64,000 nucleotides of DNA from contig CAJULK010000008.1 in assembly GCA_910587455.1 (NCBI GenBank), positions 19,929-83,928 of the forward strand, in the 5' to 3' direction. A program made the position numbers and the translations under genes. The notes beneath the pieces are model-generated. The model did no database searches, had not been told where the DNA came from, and worked only from the letters and a program-made list of their open reading frames with translations. Every line of letters begins with the position of its first letter. Within the stretch, counting starts at the first letter, position 1. Below are positions 34,845-44,929 of the stretch, piece after piece. Origin of the DNA: an uncultured Christensenellaceae bacterium (lineage in GTDB: Bacteria > Bacillota > Clostridia > Christensenellales > Pumilibacteraceae).

Positions 34845-34884
34845 ACTCGGTAAACCAATCTACAATATAATAGGGGAAAACGAT

Positions 34885-35382
34885 ATGAAATTTTGCAAAA
34901 ATTGCGGTAAAGAATTGAATGATAGCGCATGCTTTTGTCAGGAGTGCGGCACTCGAGTATCGGCGTCGGACATTCCCGATAGCGTAGAAGTTTCGACAGA
35001 GACCGAATCGCCTAAGACTGCTCAGCCGCCCGAGCAAAACGATGCAGCCAAGCAACTGAAAGAACCGAAGCAGGTTGATTACACAAAGTTCAATAAAATA
35101 TTTTGGCAACTGTTTGTACCTTTCGGACTCGGCAGCTTCATGCTTTCAAATCTTGCGCGTGCATGCTTTTATAATGTTTTTCATGTTTTCGGAATTATTT
35201 GGGCGATTTTCGACGTGTTGGTTTCGATCGCGTTTTGCACATTAGGCATAATCAGATACGTCTCGTATAAAAAAGAAAGCGAATCGGAACACACAGCAAA
35301 GCGAAACATTTGTTATGCCCTGTGCATGATTATCGGTATCATAACATTCGTATACGTATTGCTGATGACTATAGCGATATAA
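34885..35382 (+). CDS. zinc-ribbon membrane protein
   Basis: N-terminal CKNCG...FCQECG; three C-terminal hydrophobic segments. Confidence 0.8.
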   Translation: MKFCKNCGKELNDSACFCQECGTRVSASDIPDSVEVSTETESPKTAQPPEQNDAAKQLKEPKQVDYTKFNKIFWQLFVPFGLGSFMLSNLARACFYNVFHVFGIIWAIFDVLVSIAFCTLGIIRYVSYKKESESEHTAKRNICYALCMIIGIITFVYVLLMTIAI

Positions 35383-35386
35383 GCCG

Positions 35387-35418
35387 AAGGCGCCGTATTG
35401 AAACGGCGCCTTATTTTT
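35387..35418 (+). terminator. intrinsic terminator
   Basis: AAGGCGCCGT/ACGGCGCCTT stem followed by ATTTTT. Confidence 0.8.
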
Positions 35419-35465
35419 GCGATAAAACAGCGATTATATTTTTTTGAAAATTTAAGCAAAAACGC

Positions 35466-35494
35466 TTGACAAATACGCCGAGCGGTTTTATAAT
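35466..35494 (+). promoter_or_regulatory. consensus sigma-A promoter of the ctsR operon
   Basis: TTGACA-17-TATAAT. Confidence 0.9.
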
Positions 35495-35506
35495 ACGATT
35501 AAGAAG

Positions 35507-35530
35507 TTTGACTATCTTTGACCTTTGACT
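35507..35530 (+). promoter_or_regulatory. CtsR operator (three heptads)
   Basis: TTTGACT-ATC-TTTGACC-TTTGACT, the reverse complement of RGTCAAA-NAN-RGTCAAA, just upstream of ctsR. Confidence 0.9.
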
Positions 35531-35568
35531 TAGATATTTAATCTTCCGACTACTACGGGGAGGGCGCT

Positions 35569-36054
35569 ATGAATGTAAGCGACATAATCGAGCGATTTTT
35601 GCTCGATACGCTCGGTGACGAGATTACCGTTAATTTCAACCGCAACGAGCTTGCGCAATATTTTTCGGTCGCGCCGAGCCAGATAAATTACGTTTTGTCT
35701 ACTCGGTTTACGCCGGAGCGCGGATATATAATAGAGAGCCGACGCGGCGGAGGCGGATTCATCACGCTTATGCGCGTCAGCGAAAATGCCGAAGACGTGC
35801 TTATGCGGTATATCGACGAAACTCTTTCGCACGGGATAGAATACGGTAAAGCGTGTCAGATTATAGAGAGATTGGTTCGCGACGGGATTTATTCCGAAAC
35901 CGAGGGCGCGCTCGTAAAGGCGGCTATTTCGGATAAAGCGCTGCTCGCACCCACAATAGCCAAAGGAAAACTCAGAGGATCCATACTTAAAAACATTCTT
36001 CTCGAAACAGCCAAAATGCACAATTCGGATTGCGGCGACGACGGCGATCAGTGA
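35569..36054 (+). CDS. ctsR: class III heat-shock repressor
   Basis: PSQINYVLSTRF, ESRRGGGGFI. Confidence 0.97.
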   Translation: MNVSDIIERFLLDTLGDEITVNFNRNELAQYFSVAPSQINYVLSTRFTPERGYIIESRRGGGGFITLMRVSENAEDVLMRYIDETLSHGIEYGKACQIIERLVRDGIYSETEGALVKAAISDKALLAPTIAKGKLRGSILKNILLETAKMHNSDCGDDGDQ

Positions 36055-36099
36055 TCGCAGCTGCGATATTTTCTAAAAAAATCAAACGGAGGCAATAAT

Positions 36100-36612
36100 A
36101 TGAAGTGTACCAAATGCGGTTTGCGCGACGCTACTACGGAAGTGTTGCAACGACATAACAACCATATAGAAAAAATGTATTTGTGCAACGAGTGCGCAAA
36201 GGATTACAGACCGGACGTCGGGTTCGATGACTTTGACGTTATAGATAAACTGATTAACGGTTCTCCTATGGGACTTCTGTCTAATCTAAACAGTCTGTTC
36301 GATTCGCCCGTGACGAAAGCAATGATATGTCCTACGTGCAAAACGACGAGCGAAGAATTTTTGAAAACCGGTTTCGTTGGCTGTCCGCGATGCTACGATG
36401 TATTCGAACCGCTTATCGTTCAGACTGTAAAGAAATTGCAGCAATCCGACAGGCATGTCGGAAAGAAGCCGACGGGCGCTGTCGATTTTTCTCAAGAAGA
36501 AGCGCGATTGAAAGCAGAGCTTCATGCTGCCGTCGATAAAGGCGATTATGTGCGTATCGGCGAGATAAGCAACAAGTTGAACGCTCTCACGGGCGAAAGG
36601 ACGGGAGACTGA
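36100..36612 (+). CDS. mcsA: McsA activator protein
   Basis: Four CxxC motifs, HVGKKP, UVR-like tail; between ctsR and mcsB. Confidence 0.93.
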   Translation: MKCTKCGLRDATTEVLQRHNNHIEKMYLCNECAKDYRPDVGFDDFDVIDKLINGSPMGLLSNLNSLFDSPVTKAMICPTCKTTSEEFLKTGFVGCPRCYDVFEPLIVQTVKKLQQSDRHVGKKPTGAVDFSQEEARLKAELHAAVDKGDYVRIGEISNKLNALTGERTGD

Positions 36613-37616
36613 TGGATAATAACGCTACTATAGTTTCCACACGCATAAGGTTGGCTCGGAACGTTGAAGGACTTCCGTTTCCGCATAAACTCAAAGAGAT
36701 GCCCGCTCGGCAGATAGCCGACAAAGTTACACAGACGCTATGTTCGTTGGATAAATTTTCGCGCTACGATATGAGCAATATTTCGCAGCTCGACGGCACG
36801 ATATTGCGTGAAAAGCATCTTATAAGTCCCGATCTTCTCGAAAGCTCTTTCGGGTCTGTGCTTATAAGCGCCGACGAGAACGTGTCTGTAATGGTCAACG
36901 AAGAAGATCATATCAGAGAGCAAGTTATTTTGTCTGGGCTGTCGCTCGATCAGGCATATGATCGGGTCAACAAGATAGACGATGCATTGGCAAAGAGCAT
37001 TAAATTTTCTTACAGCAACCGTTTCGGATATCTGACTTCGTGCGCTACAAATCTCGGCACGGGCATGCGTGCGTCCGTTATGATGTTTTTACCGGCGCTC
37101 ACGATACAGAATATGATGGATTCGTGCATAAACGCCGTGGGCAGACTGAATATGACTGTGCGCGGCGTATACGGCGAAGGCAGCAGTGCGGACGGGTATC
37201 TCTATCAGATTAGCAATCAGAGAACGCTCGGTTTAACCGAATCGGATATTATAGATTCCGTAAAGAGCGCGATCAATCACGTTGTGGAAGCCGAATTGCG
37301 CGCACGCGAATTGTTAAAGCGCAACGAGACAGAGTTGAAGGACAAAATTTTCCGCGCTTGGGGGCTTGCCGCAAACGCGTACAAAATGCCGACGGGCGAA
37401 GCGATGCAACTGTTGGCGCTTATAAGACTCGGCGGATATTACGGTTATATTACGGTCAAATCTCAGGACGAATATCAAAAACTCATCACGAGCTGTCAGC
37501 CTGCAAACATGCAGCGCATGAGCGGCAAAAACATCAGCGCCGAAGAACGCGACGTTATGCGGGCGCGCTATGTATCGTCAGTGCTCGGCACAATAGCCGA
37601 AAAAAATATTAAATAA
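36612..37616 (+). CDS. mcsB: protein arginine kinase
   Basis: STRIRLARN, NEEDH, TNLGTGMRAS, QISNQ. Confidence 0.95.
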   Translation: MDNNATIVSTRIRLARNVEGLPFPHKLKEMPARQIADKVTQTLCSLDKFSRYDMSNISQLDGTILREKHLISPDLLESSFGSVLISADENVSVMVNEEDHIREQVILSGLSLDQAYDRVNKIDDALAKSIKFSYSNRFGYLTSCATNLGTGMRASVMMFLPALTIQNMMDSCINAVGRLNMTVRGVYGEGSSADGYLYQISNQRTLGLTESDIIDSVKSAINHVVEAELRARELLKRNETELKDKIFRAWGLAANAYKMPTGEAMQLLALIRLGGYYGYITVKSQDEYQKLITSCQPANMQRMSGKNISAEERDVMRARYVSSVLGTIAEKNIK

Positions 37617-37634
37617 ATCGGGAGGTAATTCATT

Positions 37635-40043
37635 ATGTCAAACTATCCTATGGACGCGAATTCGCAACACGCTTTCGACACGGCGCGCAGTGCCGCCGCT
37701 AAGTATTCCAATATGTTTACCGGAACGGAGCATCTTCTTTACGGTATTTTGAAATCCGAATGTATTGCGGCTAAGATATTCGCCGACAACAAACTCGATC
37801 CCGAACTTCTGACCGAGCTTTTTGCGGACAGCGAAAAAGTTACGGGCAGCCCCGTCGATTCGCCGCGCGTAAAAGAGATCATACCGTCGGTAGCGTACAA
37901 TATAGCAATGCAGCTCGGCGCACCGCTGATTTCGCCCGATCATCTCATGCTCGCGATACTCGAGGACAGAAACTGCGTGGCTTGCGACGCGCTGTATCAG
38001 ATGTACAAAGTGGATATATATGTTTTCCGCCGCAGTATAATCGCGGAGCTTCGCAGAAACCCGATCAAAGGGCGCGACGCCGCCGACGGCGGCAATGCGA
38101 ATCCGGTTCTGCCGGCACAGCTTGCCGAGTTGGGCGTGGACGTTACGCAGAAAGCGCGAGAAAACAAACTCGATCCCGTTATCGGCAGGGAGAGCGAAGT
38201 GGAGCGAATAATCGAAATTTTATGCCGTAAAACGAAAAACAATCCGGTATTGATAGGCGAACCGGGCGTCGGAAAAAGCGCTATAATAGACGGGCTTGCT
38301 TGTGCTATCGTAGAGGGAAAAGTCCCGCGTCAGCTTCAAAACAATATTGTATTTTCTTTCAATATAGGTTCGTTGCTTGCAGGTACAAAATACCGCGGTC
38401 AGCTTGAAGAAAAACTGAAAACCGCTATAGATCTCATAATAAACAGCGGAAATATCATAGTGTTCATCGACGAATTGCACACGCTCATGCAAGCCGGTTC
38501 GAAAGACGGCGAGGTGACGCCCGCAGATATATTGAAACCTTATCTTGCCCGCGGCGAAATGCAGACTATCGGCGCGACGACGACAGACGAATACAGAAAA
38601 TATATCGAAGCGGACAAAGCCATGGAGCGCAGATTCCAACCTATAATCGTAGAGCCGCCGACCGTGGCGCAAACTATCGAAATATTAAAAGGTTTGCGCA
38701 AAAATTACGAGAATTATCATAAAGTCAATCTCGGCGACGACGCCATCGAGGCGGCGGCGAAACTTTCCGACAAATACATTTCCGACAGATTTTTGCCCGA
38801 TAAAGCGATAGACCTTATAGACGAAGCTATGAGCTGCGCCAAGGTGAGTATTTCCACGGCACCGTCGGGAATAAACGAGCTGTCGGCAAAACTCGCAGAG
38901 TATACGCGAAAAATGAACGAGTGTGCCGCGAAAAGCGAGTTTGCTGAAGCAGAGAATTACAAACAGAAATGTGCGCAGCTCGAAAAAGAGATCAAGTCGA
39001 AAACGCTTCAGAACTCGGCAGAGCAGGAAAAAAACACCGTTACCATTCATTACGAGGATATTGCCGACATAGTATCGCGTTGGACTAAGATACCCGTAAG
39101 CAAGCTGACCGAAACGGAAAGCGAACGTCTGCGCAATATGGAAGAAATTCTTCATAAGCGCGTTATCGGTCAAAACAGAGCCGTGGAAGCCGTGTCCAAA
39201 GCTATACGCCGTGCCCGTGCGGGGCTTAAAAGCGACAGCCGTCCTATCGGTTCGTTTATATTCCTCGGCCCGACGGGCGTAGGAAAAACAGAGCTTACGA
39301 AAGCGCTCGCGGAAGCTATGTTCGATAACGAAAATTCCATAATAAGACTCGATATGAGCGAATTTATGGAATCTCATTCCGTATCGAAACTTATCGGCGC
39401 TCCTCCGGGATATGTGGGATTCGACGACGGCGGACAGCTTACGGAAAAGGTTCGCAGGCATCCGTATTCGGTAATACTTTTCGATGAAATCGAAAAAGCG
39501 CACCCCGACGTGTTTAATGCATTGTTGCAAATACTTGACGACGGCAGGCTTACCGATTCTCAGGGGCGCACGGTGTCTTTTAAGAACACGATTATTATTA
39601 TGACGAGTAATGCGGGTGCAAGCGAGGCTACGGCTAAACGCGAGATCGGGTTTAATGCCGGAAAAAAAGAGACGGAAGTGCGTGACGACATCTATATGAA
39701 AGCGCTTCGCGCCTCATTCAAGCCGGAGTTCTTAAACCGCATAGATGTGATTTGCGTGTTCGACAAGCTCACGAAAGAGGATGTCGGCAAGATCGCCGAG
39801 ATAATGCTTCAGAAAGTCGAAAATACGCTCAAAGACAAGAACATTACGCTTACGGTATCCAAGGCGGCTCTTGAATGGATAATTAACAAGGGGTACGACT
39901 CAGAATACGGCGCGCGTCCGCTTCGCAGGGTGATAGAGCAAAACGTCGAAGACGAGATTGCCGAAGCGATAATCGACGGAAAGATCAAAAACGATTCGGA
40001 CGTGCGCATAGATGTAGAAGGCGACAGGATAACCGTAAAATAA
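37635..40043 (+). CDS. clpC: ATP-dependent Clp protease ATP-binding subunit
   Basis: GEPGVGKS and GPTGVGKT AAA+ modules, Clp N domain, YGARPLRR. Confidence 0.96.
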   Translation: MSNYPMDANSQHAFDTARSAAAKYSNMFTGTEHLLYGILKSECIAAKIFADNKLDPELLTELFADSEKVTGSPVDSPRVKEIIPSVAYNIAMQLGAPLISPDHLMLAILEDRNCVACDALYQMYKVDIYVFRRSIIAELRRNPIKGRDAADGGNANPVLPAQLAELGVDVTQKARENKLDPVIGRESEVERIIEILCRKTKNNPVLIGEPGVGKSAIIDGLACAIVEGKVPRQLQNNIVFSFNIGSLLAGTKYRGQLEEKLKTAIDLIINSGNIIVFIDELHTLMQAGSKDGEVTPADILKPYLARGEMQTIGATTTDEYRKYIEADKAMERRFQPIIVEPPTVAQTIEILKGLRKNYENYHKVNLGDDAIEAAAKLSDKYISDRFLPDKAIDLIDEAMSCAKVSISTAPSGINELSAKLAEYTRKMNECAAKSEFAEAENYKQKCAQLEKEIKSKTLQNSAEQEKNTVTIHYEDIADIVSRWTKIPVSKLTETESERLRNMEEILHKRVIGQNRAVEAVSKAIRRARAGLKSDSRPIGSFIFLGPTGVGKTELTKALAEAMFDNENSIIRLDMSEFMESHSVSKLIGAPPGYVGFDDGGQLTEKVRRHPYSVILFDEIEKAHPDVFNALLQILDDGRLTDSQGRTVSFKNTIIIMTSNAGASEATAKREIGFNAGKKETEVRDDIYMKALRASFKPEFLNRIDVICVFDKLTKEDVGKIAEIMLQKVENTLKDKNITLTVSKAALEWIINKGYDSEYGARPLRRVIEQNVEDEIAEAIIDGKIKNDSDVRIDVEGDRITVK

Positions 40044-40163
40044 ATAGAGGTATTTTTCAAAACCCCATTTACAAAACGATTGATATATGTTATAATATCT
40101 GCGAGAGAAAGGTTGCCAAAGCGATCTCGATCGAACTTAAAACTTAATACACCGGAGGTGAAT

Positions 40164-40709
40164 ATGAACATTGAATTCCTGTGCAAAAACTACGAGCCGA
40201 GCGATAAGCTCAAAGCTGTCATCGACAAGAAAGTCCAAAAATTGGATAAGTATTTTGTTGACGATACGCGTATCAAGATCGTCTTGAAAAAGGGCAATAC
40301 CCGCAGTACGGACGATCTCTATACTCTCGAGCTTACCATTATGCTCGACAGCTCGGTAATGCGTGCGGAAGTTACAAGCGACAATATGTATTCGAATATC
40401 GATCTTGCTTTACCCAAACTCGAAAAGCAGATAATCCGTCATCACAAAAAGATCGAGTCTAAATCCAAAAAGTTCCGTGCAAAAGATTTTTCGATTGTCG
40501 AAGAGTCGCACGAAGAACCTGAGGAAGAAAAGACCGTCGTCAGATCGAAGAGCTATACGCTCGTGCCTATGACAATGGATGACGCGATAGAAGAGCTTGA
40601 GCTTTTGGGGCACAACTTTTATGTGTTCCTTAATAAAGCGACTAAATCGGTCAATGTACTGTATCAGCGAAACGACGGTAATTACGGATTGATCGAAACA
40701 ATAGTGTAA
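40164..40709 (+). CDS. hpf: ribosome hibernation promoting factor (long HPF)
   Basis: KLDKYF, MYSNID, LGHNFYVF...YQRNDGNYGLI. Confidence 0.93.
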   Translation: MNIEFLCKNYEPSDKLKAVIDKKVQKLDKYFVDDTRIKIVLKKGNTRSTDDLYTLELTIMLDSSVMRAEVTSDNMYSNIDLALPKLEKQIIRHHKKIESKSKKFRAKDFSIVEESHEEPEEEKTVVRSKSYTLVPMTMDDAIEELELLGHNFYVFLNKATKSVNVLYQRNDGNYGLIETIV

Positions 40710-40720
40710 TACGCAATAGT

Positions 40721-40757
40721 GTAAAACGCCGATAAAATTGTCGGCGTTTTACTTTTT
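40721..40757 (+). terminator. intrinsic terminator after hpf
   Basis: GTAAAACGCCGA/TCGGCGTTTTAC stem followed by a T-run. Confidence 0.85.
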
Positions 40758-40842
40758 GTCGCGTAATATTGCTTGCATAAATCCGATAACGGTTGTATAA
40801 TATGCATTGTAATAATACTGTTTTCAAGGAGACATGCAGTTT

Positions 40843-42237
40843 ATGAAACTCAAATTCGACTACAACAACATGATGGATTCGGCAATCGGTTCGCACGGTA
40901 TCAAGCCGTCCGATATCGACAAAGAGCAAAAAGCGCACGACGCGGCGTACAAAGAGGTTATAGACAACAGCGGTAAAGGATGGCAGGAATGGACTGATAC
41001 GCCGCTTATCGAAAAATCTGCAATAGACGAGCTTAACGCTTTCGGAAAATCCATACGTGAAAAAGCGTCGAGTTTCGTTGTTCTCGGTATCGGCGGTTCA
41101 GCGCTCGGACCTATTTGCGTATTCAACGCGCTTTTGCACTTGCATCACAATGAACTGCCCGAAAAAACACGCAAGGCGCCCAAGCTGTATGTGGAGGATA
41201 ATATCGATCCCGAGCGCATGGCGGCGCTTATGGACGTAGTCGATATCAAAACGACGTATTTCAACGTTATAACCAAGTCGGGCGAGACGAGTGAAACAAT
41301 AAGCCAGTTCCTTATTCTGTATAATGCGCTCAAAAAAGCTGTCGGCGAAAAAGCGGCAAAAGAGCATATTTTCGTTACTACAACGATAGGAAAGGGCGCG
41401 CTGTACAATGCGGCAGTTAAAGAAGGCTTCAAAATTTTCGGTGTGCCTGCGGGCGTCGGCGGAAGATTCTCCGTTCTTTCCAATGTCGGGCTCGTTCCGT
41501 TTGCGGTCATGGGCGTAGATATAGAAAGCTTGCTTTACGGTGCGCGCAATATGCGTACGGCATGCGAGAGAAAGGACATCAAATCGAACCCCGCATTGAT
41601 GACGGCATACCTTCAGGTAAAATCAATGAAGTCGGGCAAGAATATATCCGTAATGATGCCATATGCGGACGGACTCAGGACAATGGCTGATTTCTACTGT
41701 CAGATATGGGCGGAATCGCTCGGCAAGGCGGTGGACAAATCGGGAAAAACAGTCAACTGCGGACAAACGCCGGCAAAATCGCTCGGAGTCACCGATCAGC
41801 ACAGTCAGGTCCAGCTGTATACCGAAGGACCTTACGACAAGGTTGTAACCTTTATCGCTGTCGATGCGTTTGCGGACAGTGTGGATATACCTACGGACGA
41901 AAGTGCTGAGATCGGAGATTTTCTTAAAGGTCATACGCTTAACGAACTTATCAATGCCGAGCGCAAGGCGACCGAATTTGCGCTCACAAAAGCGGGCAGA
42001 TCCAACTTTACTGTCACTCTTCCCGAAGTGAATGCCGAAACGGTCGGGGAACTTTTGATGTATTTTATGTATGAAACGGCGTTTGCGGGCGCATATCTTA
42101 ATATAGATACATTCAATCAGCCCGGTGTCGAGGAAGGCAAAAAAGCGACGTTCGCCATGATAGGCAGAGCGGGGTACGAAGCCAAACTCAAAGAACTCGA
42201 ATCCGTCAAGAAGAACGACAGTTTTCTTATTAAGTAA
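40843..42237 (+). CDS. pgi: glucose-6-phosphate isomerase
   Basis: GIGGSALG, KSGET, VGGRFSV, DQHS, NQPGVEEGK; alternative start at 40834. Confidence 0.96.
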   Translation: MKLKFDYNNMMDSAIGSHGIKPSDIDKEQKAHDAAYKEVIDNSGKGWQEWTDTPLIEKSAIDELNAFGKSIREKASSFVVLGIGGSALGPICVFNALLHLHHNELPEKTRKAPKLYVEDNIDPERMAALMDVVDIKTTYFNVITKSGETSETISQFLILYNALKKAVGEKAAKEHIFVTTTIGKGALYNAAVKEGFKIFGVPAGVGGRFSVLSNVGLVPFAVMGVDIESLLYGARNMRTACERKDIKSNPALMTAYLQVKSMKSGKNISVMMPYADGLRTMADFYCQIWAESLGKAVDKSGKTVNCGQTPAKSLGVTDQHSQVQLYTEGPYDKVVTFIAVDAFADSVDIPTDESAEIGDFLKGHTLNELINAERKATEFALTKAGRSNFTVTLPEVNAETVGELLMYFMYETAFAGAYLNIDTFNQPGVEEGKKATFAMIGRAGYEAKLKELESVKKNDSFLIK

Positions 42238-42344
42238 GTCGGCATTGACAATTTTACCAAATTCATCTATAAATAACAAAAAACCTCTTGCAAATTTACG
42301 ATTCCTATGTTAAAATATAATAAATCTAACCTACGGAGGGTATT

Positions 42345-42575
42345 ATGAAATCGGTTAAAGTTTATTTTCCCACGACAGAAAGCGTAAAAGACTTCGTCAA
42401 TGCCGTATCGCGTTATCCGTACGAAGTTGATTTGCACAACGGCAGATATGTCGTAGATGCCAAATCGCTTTTGGGTATTTATTCGCTCGATCTCGCAAAA
42501 CCTATCGTCTGCGAAATTTACAACGACAATTGCGACGATCTTGTTAAAGACATCGCGAAATTTGTCGCAAAATAA
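42345..42575 (+). CDS. HPr-family protein lacking the His15 motif
   Basis: VDAKSLLGI Ser46 motif; TTGCAA-17-TAAAAT promoter at 42288-42316. Confidence 0.85.
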   Translation: MKSVKVYFPTTESVKDFVNAVSRYPYEVDLHNGRYVVDAKSLLGIYSLDLAKPIVCEIYNDNCDDLVKDIAKFVAK

Positions 42576-42623
42576 ATCATATTCGATTAAATCGAGCGGC
42601 GGGAATACTCGCCGCTTAATTTA

Positions 42624-43448
42624 ATGCGCAATTTCGGAGTGGTTATGCGACGGGATTATATCGAAAGCATGAAGTCGGGCGGATTGGACGAGTTTATTGC
42701 CGCGTGCGAAGATCTTAAAAACAGTAAGTACGTTATAGCGGAAAACAAAATCGCCGCGGTTCTTAAATCCATTGCGGACAACAGAGATCTATATACCATG
42801 TTCGGATCCGCGCTTTACGGGTTCGACTATCAGAGTACGTTTGCTTCGTGCGTAGGAGGAAGTTACTTCACTTTGCCGTCCGACGCGCAAAAAGCAGTCG
42901 CGCTTGTTTTTCGTATTCTTCTTGATATAGACAGCGGCAGGCTTTCGCTTGCGAACTTTTTGGAAGCGTATTTTTACAGCGAGTCCATAAACGAATCGTA
43001 TGCGAGATTTTGCCTTGAACTCATAACGCCGTTCGAAACGTATTGCAGAGTATTGATGTCGCGTCCTGCCGTGCCGCCGCCGATAATGCGCGAAAAGCCG
43101 TCCGATGCCGAAAACATTAAAGAAGTCGGCAGTGTGGAAACGGTTGTATCAGAAACATACAACGATGTGAATAACAAGTTTACAGAAAGTCTTAAAAACG
43201 ATGCGTTCGATTGTTTGAAAACGCTGTCGGATTTCGGCGCGAGCGCTATAGTAGGAGTCATCGACCGCGATGAGTTCGAAGCATGCCTCGACGGGCTTGC
43301 GCGCAGCATAAGATCGGGTGATAATAAGTACATAATATCGTCTTTTCTCGGCGTTAAATATGCGGTATCGTACTTTTTTAAGTCCACTAAAACAGTGATA
43401 GACGTTTATAAAAAATTGGAATTTGCGGTAAAGCGTCTCACGGATTGA
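42624..43448 (+). CDS. hypothetical protein
   Basis: 274-aa ORF filling the gap; alternative start 42645 after GGAG. Confidence 0.75.
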   Translation: MRNFGVVMRRDYIESMKSGGLDEFIAACEDLKNSKYVIAENKIAAVLKSIADNRDLYTMFGSALYGFDYQSTFASCVGGSYFTLPSDAQKAVALVFRILLDIDSGRLSLANFLEAYFYSESINESYARFCLELITPFETYCRVLMSRPAVPPPIMREKPSDAENIKEVGSVETVVSETYNDVNNKFTESLKNDAFDCLKTLSDFGASAIVGVIDRDEFEACLDGLARSIRSGDNKYIISSFLGVKYAVSYFFKSTKTVIDVYKKLEFAVKRLTD

Positions 43449-43454
43449 ATTAAA

Positions 43455-43504
43455 CACGCACAATAAAACGGCTTTGGAAAACGAAAGCCGTTTTATTGTG
43501 CGTG
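43455..43504. terminator. 21-bp perfect inverted repeat between convergent genes (probable bidirectional terminator)
   Basis: CACGCACAATAAAACGGCTTT-8 nt-AAAGCCGTTTTATTGTGCGTG. Confidence 0.85.
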
Positions 43505-43507
43505 CCG

Positions 43508-44029
43508 TTATAGATTGATTGTGTTTTCGTCATCGCGAATAAGATTGACATTGTATATAAATAGTCTGCGTGTGACGAAGTTGTATATAAATACTATGAA
43601 CTGAACTATTACTTTTACTATCCATATGTTTCCGCCGATAAGGTCGTATCCTATCCAACTGCCGAGAGAAGTGATGCCTAATCCGATAGCGGAGAAAATA
43701 ATGAATTTGATAAAGCCGAGCTTTGTTTTTCCTACGTTACCGTACTTAAAGACAAATATCGACGATAACAAATAATTGACGAGTACGGCAGATACGAATC
43801 CTATTACCGTAGCTGTTATGTAAATGGAGTTGGGCGGGTGATATTCGGTAACGGTAGCCCCCGTAAACACACCCAAAAAACCGTCATAGTAATCATGCCC
43901 GTAGGCATACAGAAACACGGCCGTAAGAAGAAAGTCTATCGAATTGGAAGCCAAACCGACGGCGATCGATTTTAGCACCTCGATTGTCATTTGTTTGTTC
44001 TTAAAAGCGGAAAAAATGCCTTTCTTCAT
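43508..44029 (-). CDS. GtrA family membrane protein
   Basis: VG..SNSIDF, NYLLSSIFVF, KFII, YNFVTRRLFI. Confidence 0.85.
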   Translation of the reverse strand: MKKGIFSAFKNKQMTIEVLKSIAVGLASNSIDFLLTAVFLYAYGHDYYDGFLGVFTGATVTEYHPPNSIYITATVIGFVSAVLVNYLLSSIFVFKYGNVGKTKLGFIKFIIFSAIGLGITSLGSWIGYDLIGGNIWIVKVIVQFIVFIYNFVTRRLFIYNVNLIRDDENTINL

Positions 44030-44043
44030 TTGAAACCCGAAAT

Positions 44044-44790
44044 TCAGTTATTGGATTCCGAATCAGTCTTGGGAATAAACCCTTCGAAAATATAGTTATC
44101 GCACACTTCGAGCGCCTTTTGCGCTTGTATTTCGCTCTTTATAGTCCAAGCAACTACGGGTAGACCGGTGTTCTTTACGTATTTGTTCGGCAGGTGCGCA
44201 ATGTTATAGGCGATGAAATCGGGCTGAGATACGTCGTTGTATTTCAGCTTGCGCATATGCGATCGCACGCGGCGAGGCTCGTCCGATTCATTGCGGTGGA
44301 AGAACGTGGCAAGCTGACCGCGAAGTATTTGCGGCGCGTTCTTATAGAAATACTGCATGGAAAACGGATCAAAAGATTCTACGGCGTATTCGCCGCCGTA
44401 TGATTTGAGCATTTCCAACAACCGTTCTTCGAGAGCAAAAGACTGTTCGGCCTTTTTTATTTCTATAAGCAACGGGACTTGACCGTTTACCGTTTGGAGA
44501 ACTTCTTCGAAAGTGGGTATGGCATAATCTGTTTTCAAAAGTCTGATGTCGTGCAGATCTTCGGACTTGAGATTGGCGACATATCCGTCTTTGTTTGTCA
44601 TGCGGCTGAGTTTTTCGTCATGAAAAACAATTATATTCTGATCGTCTGTGATTCGGACGTCGAGTTCTATAGCAAAACCGTGCGCGACCGCGTTTTCAAA
44701 AGCGGGGAGCGAGTTTTCGGGATAGTCGAAATTGTGCAACCCGCGGTGTGCGATAGGCGTATTTATAACCCAAGAGGTAGATTTTTCCAT
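44044..44790 (-). CDS. glycerophosphodiester phosphodiesterase
   Basis: IAHRG, PENSLPAF, ELDV, VFHD, IEIK. Confidence 0.93.
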   Translation of the reverse strand: MEKSTSWVINTPIAHRGLHNFDYPENSLPAFENAVAHGFAIELDVRITDDQNIIVFHDEKLSRMTNKDGYVANLKSEDLHDIRLLKTDYAIPTFEEVLQTVNGQVPLLIEIKKAEQSFALEERLLEMLKSYGGEYAVESFDPFSMQYFYKNAPQILRGQLATFFHRNESDEPRRVRSHMRKLKYNDVSQPDFIAYNIAHLPNKYVKNTGLPVVAWTIKSEIQAQKALEVCDNYIFEGFIPKTDSESNN

Positions 44791-44894
44791 GAATTGACCC
44801 TTTTCAGTGATAAGATAATTATATCATTAAATTTCTTTTTTTACAATAGATTTACGTTAAGTTTATCGAAAATAAATCAATTTATCGAAAATAA

Positions 44895-44923
44895 TTGCCG
44901 TTTTGATGTATATGTGTTATAAT
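44895..44923 (+). promoter_or_regulatory. sigma-A promoter of lepA (probably leaderless transcript)
   Basis: TTGCCG-17-TATAAT with TG extension, 6 nt before ATG 44930. Confidence 0.7.
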
Positions 44924-44929
44924 CTCGGT

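Noticed and set aside
40095..40163. Possible raiA motif RNA upstream of hpf
   Set aside because: The leader is only ~65 nt with one short stem, far smaller than the raiA motif RNA.
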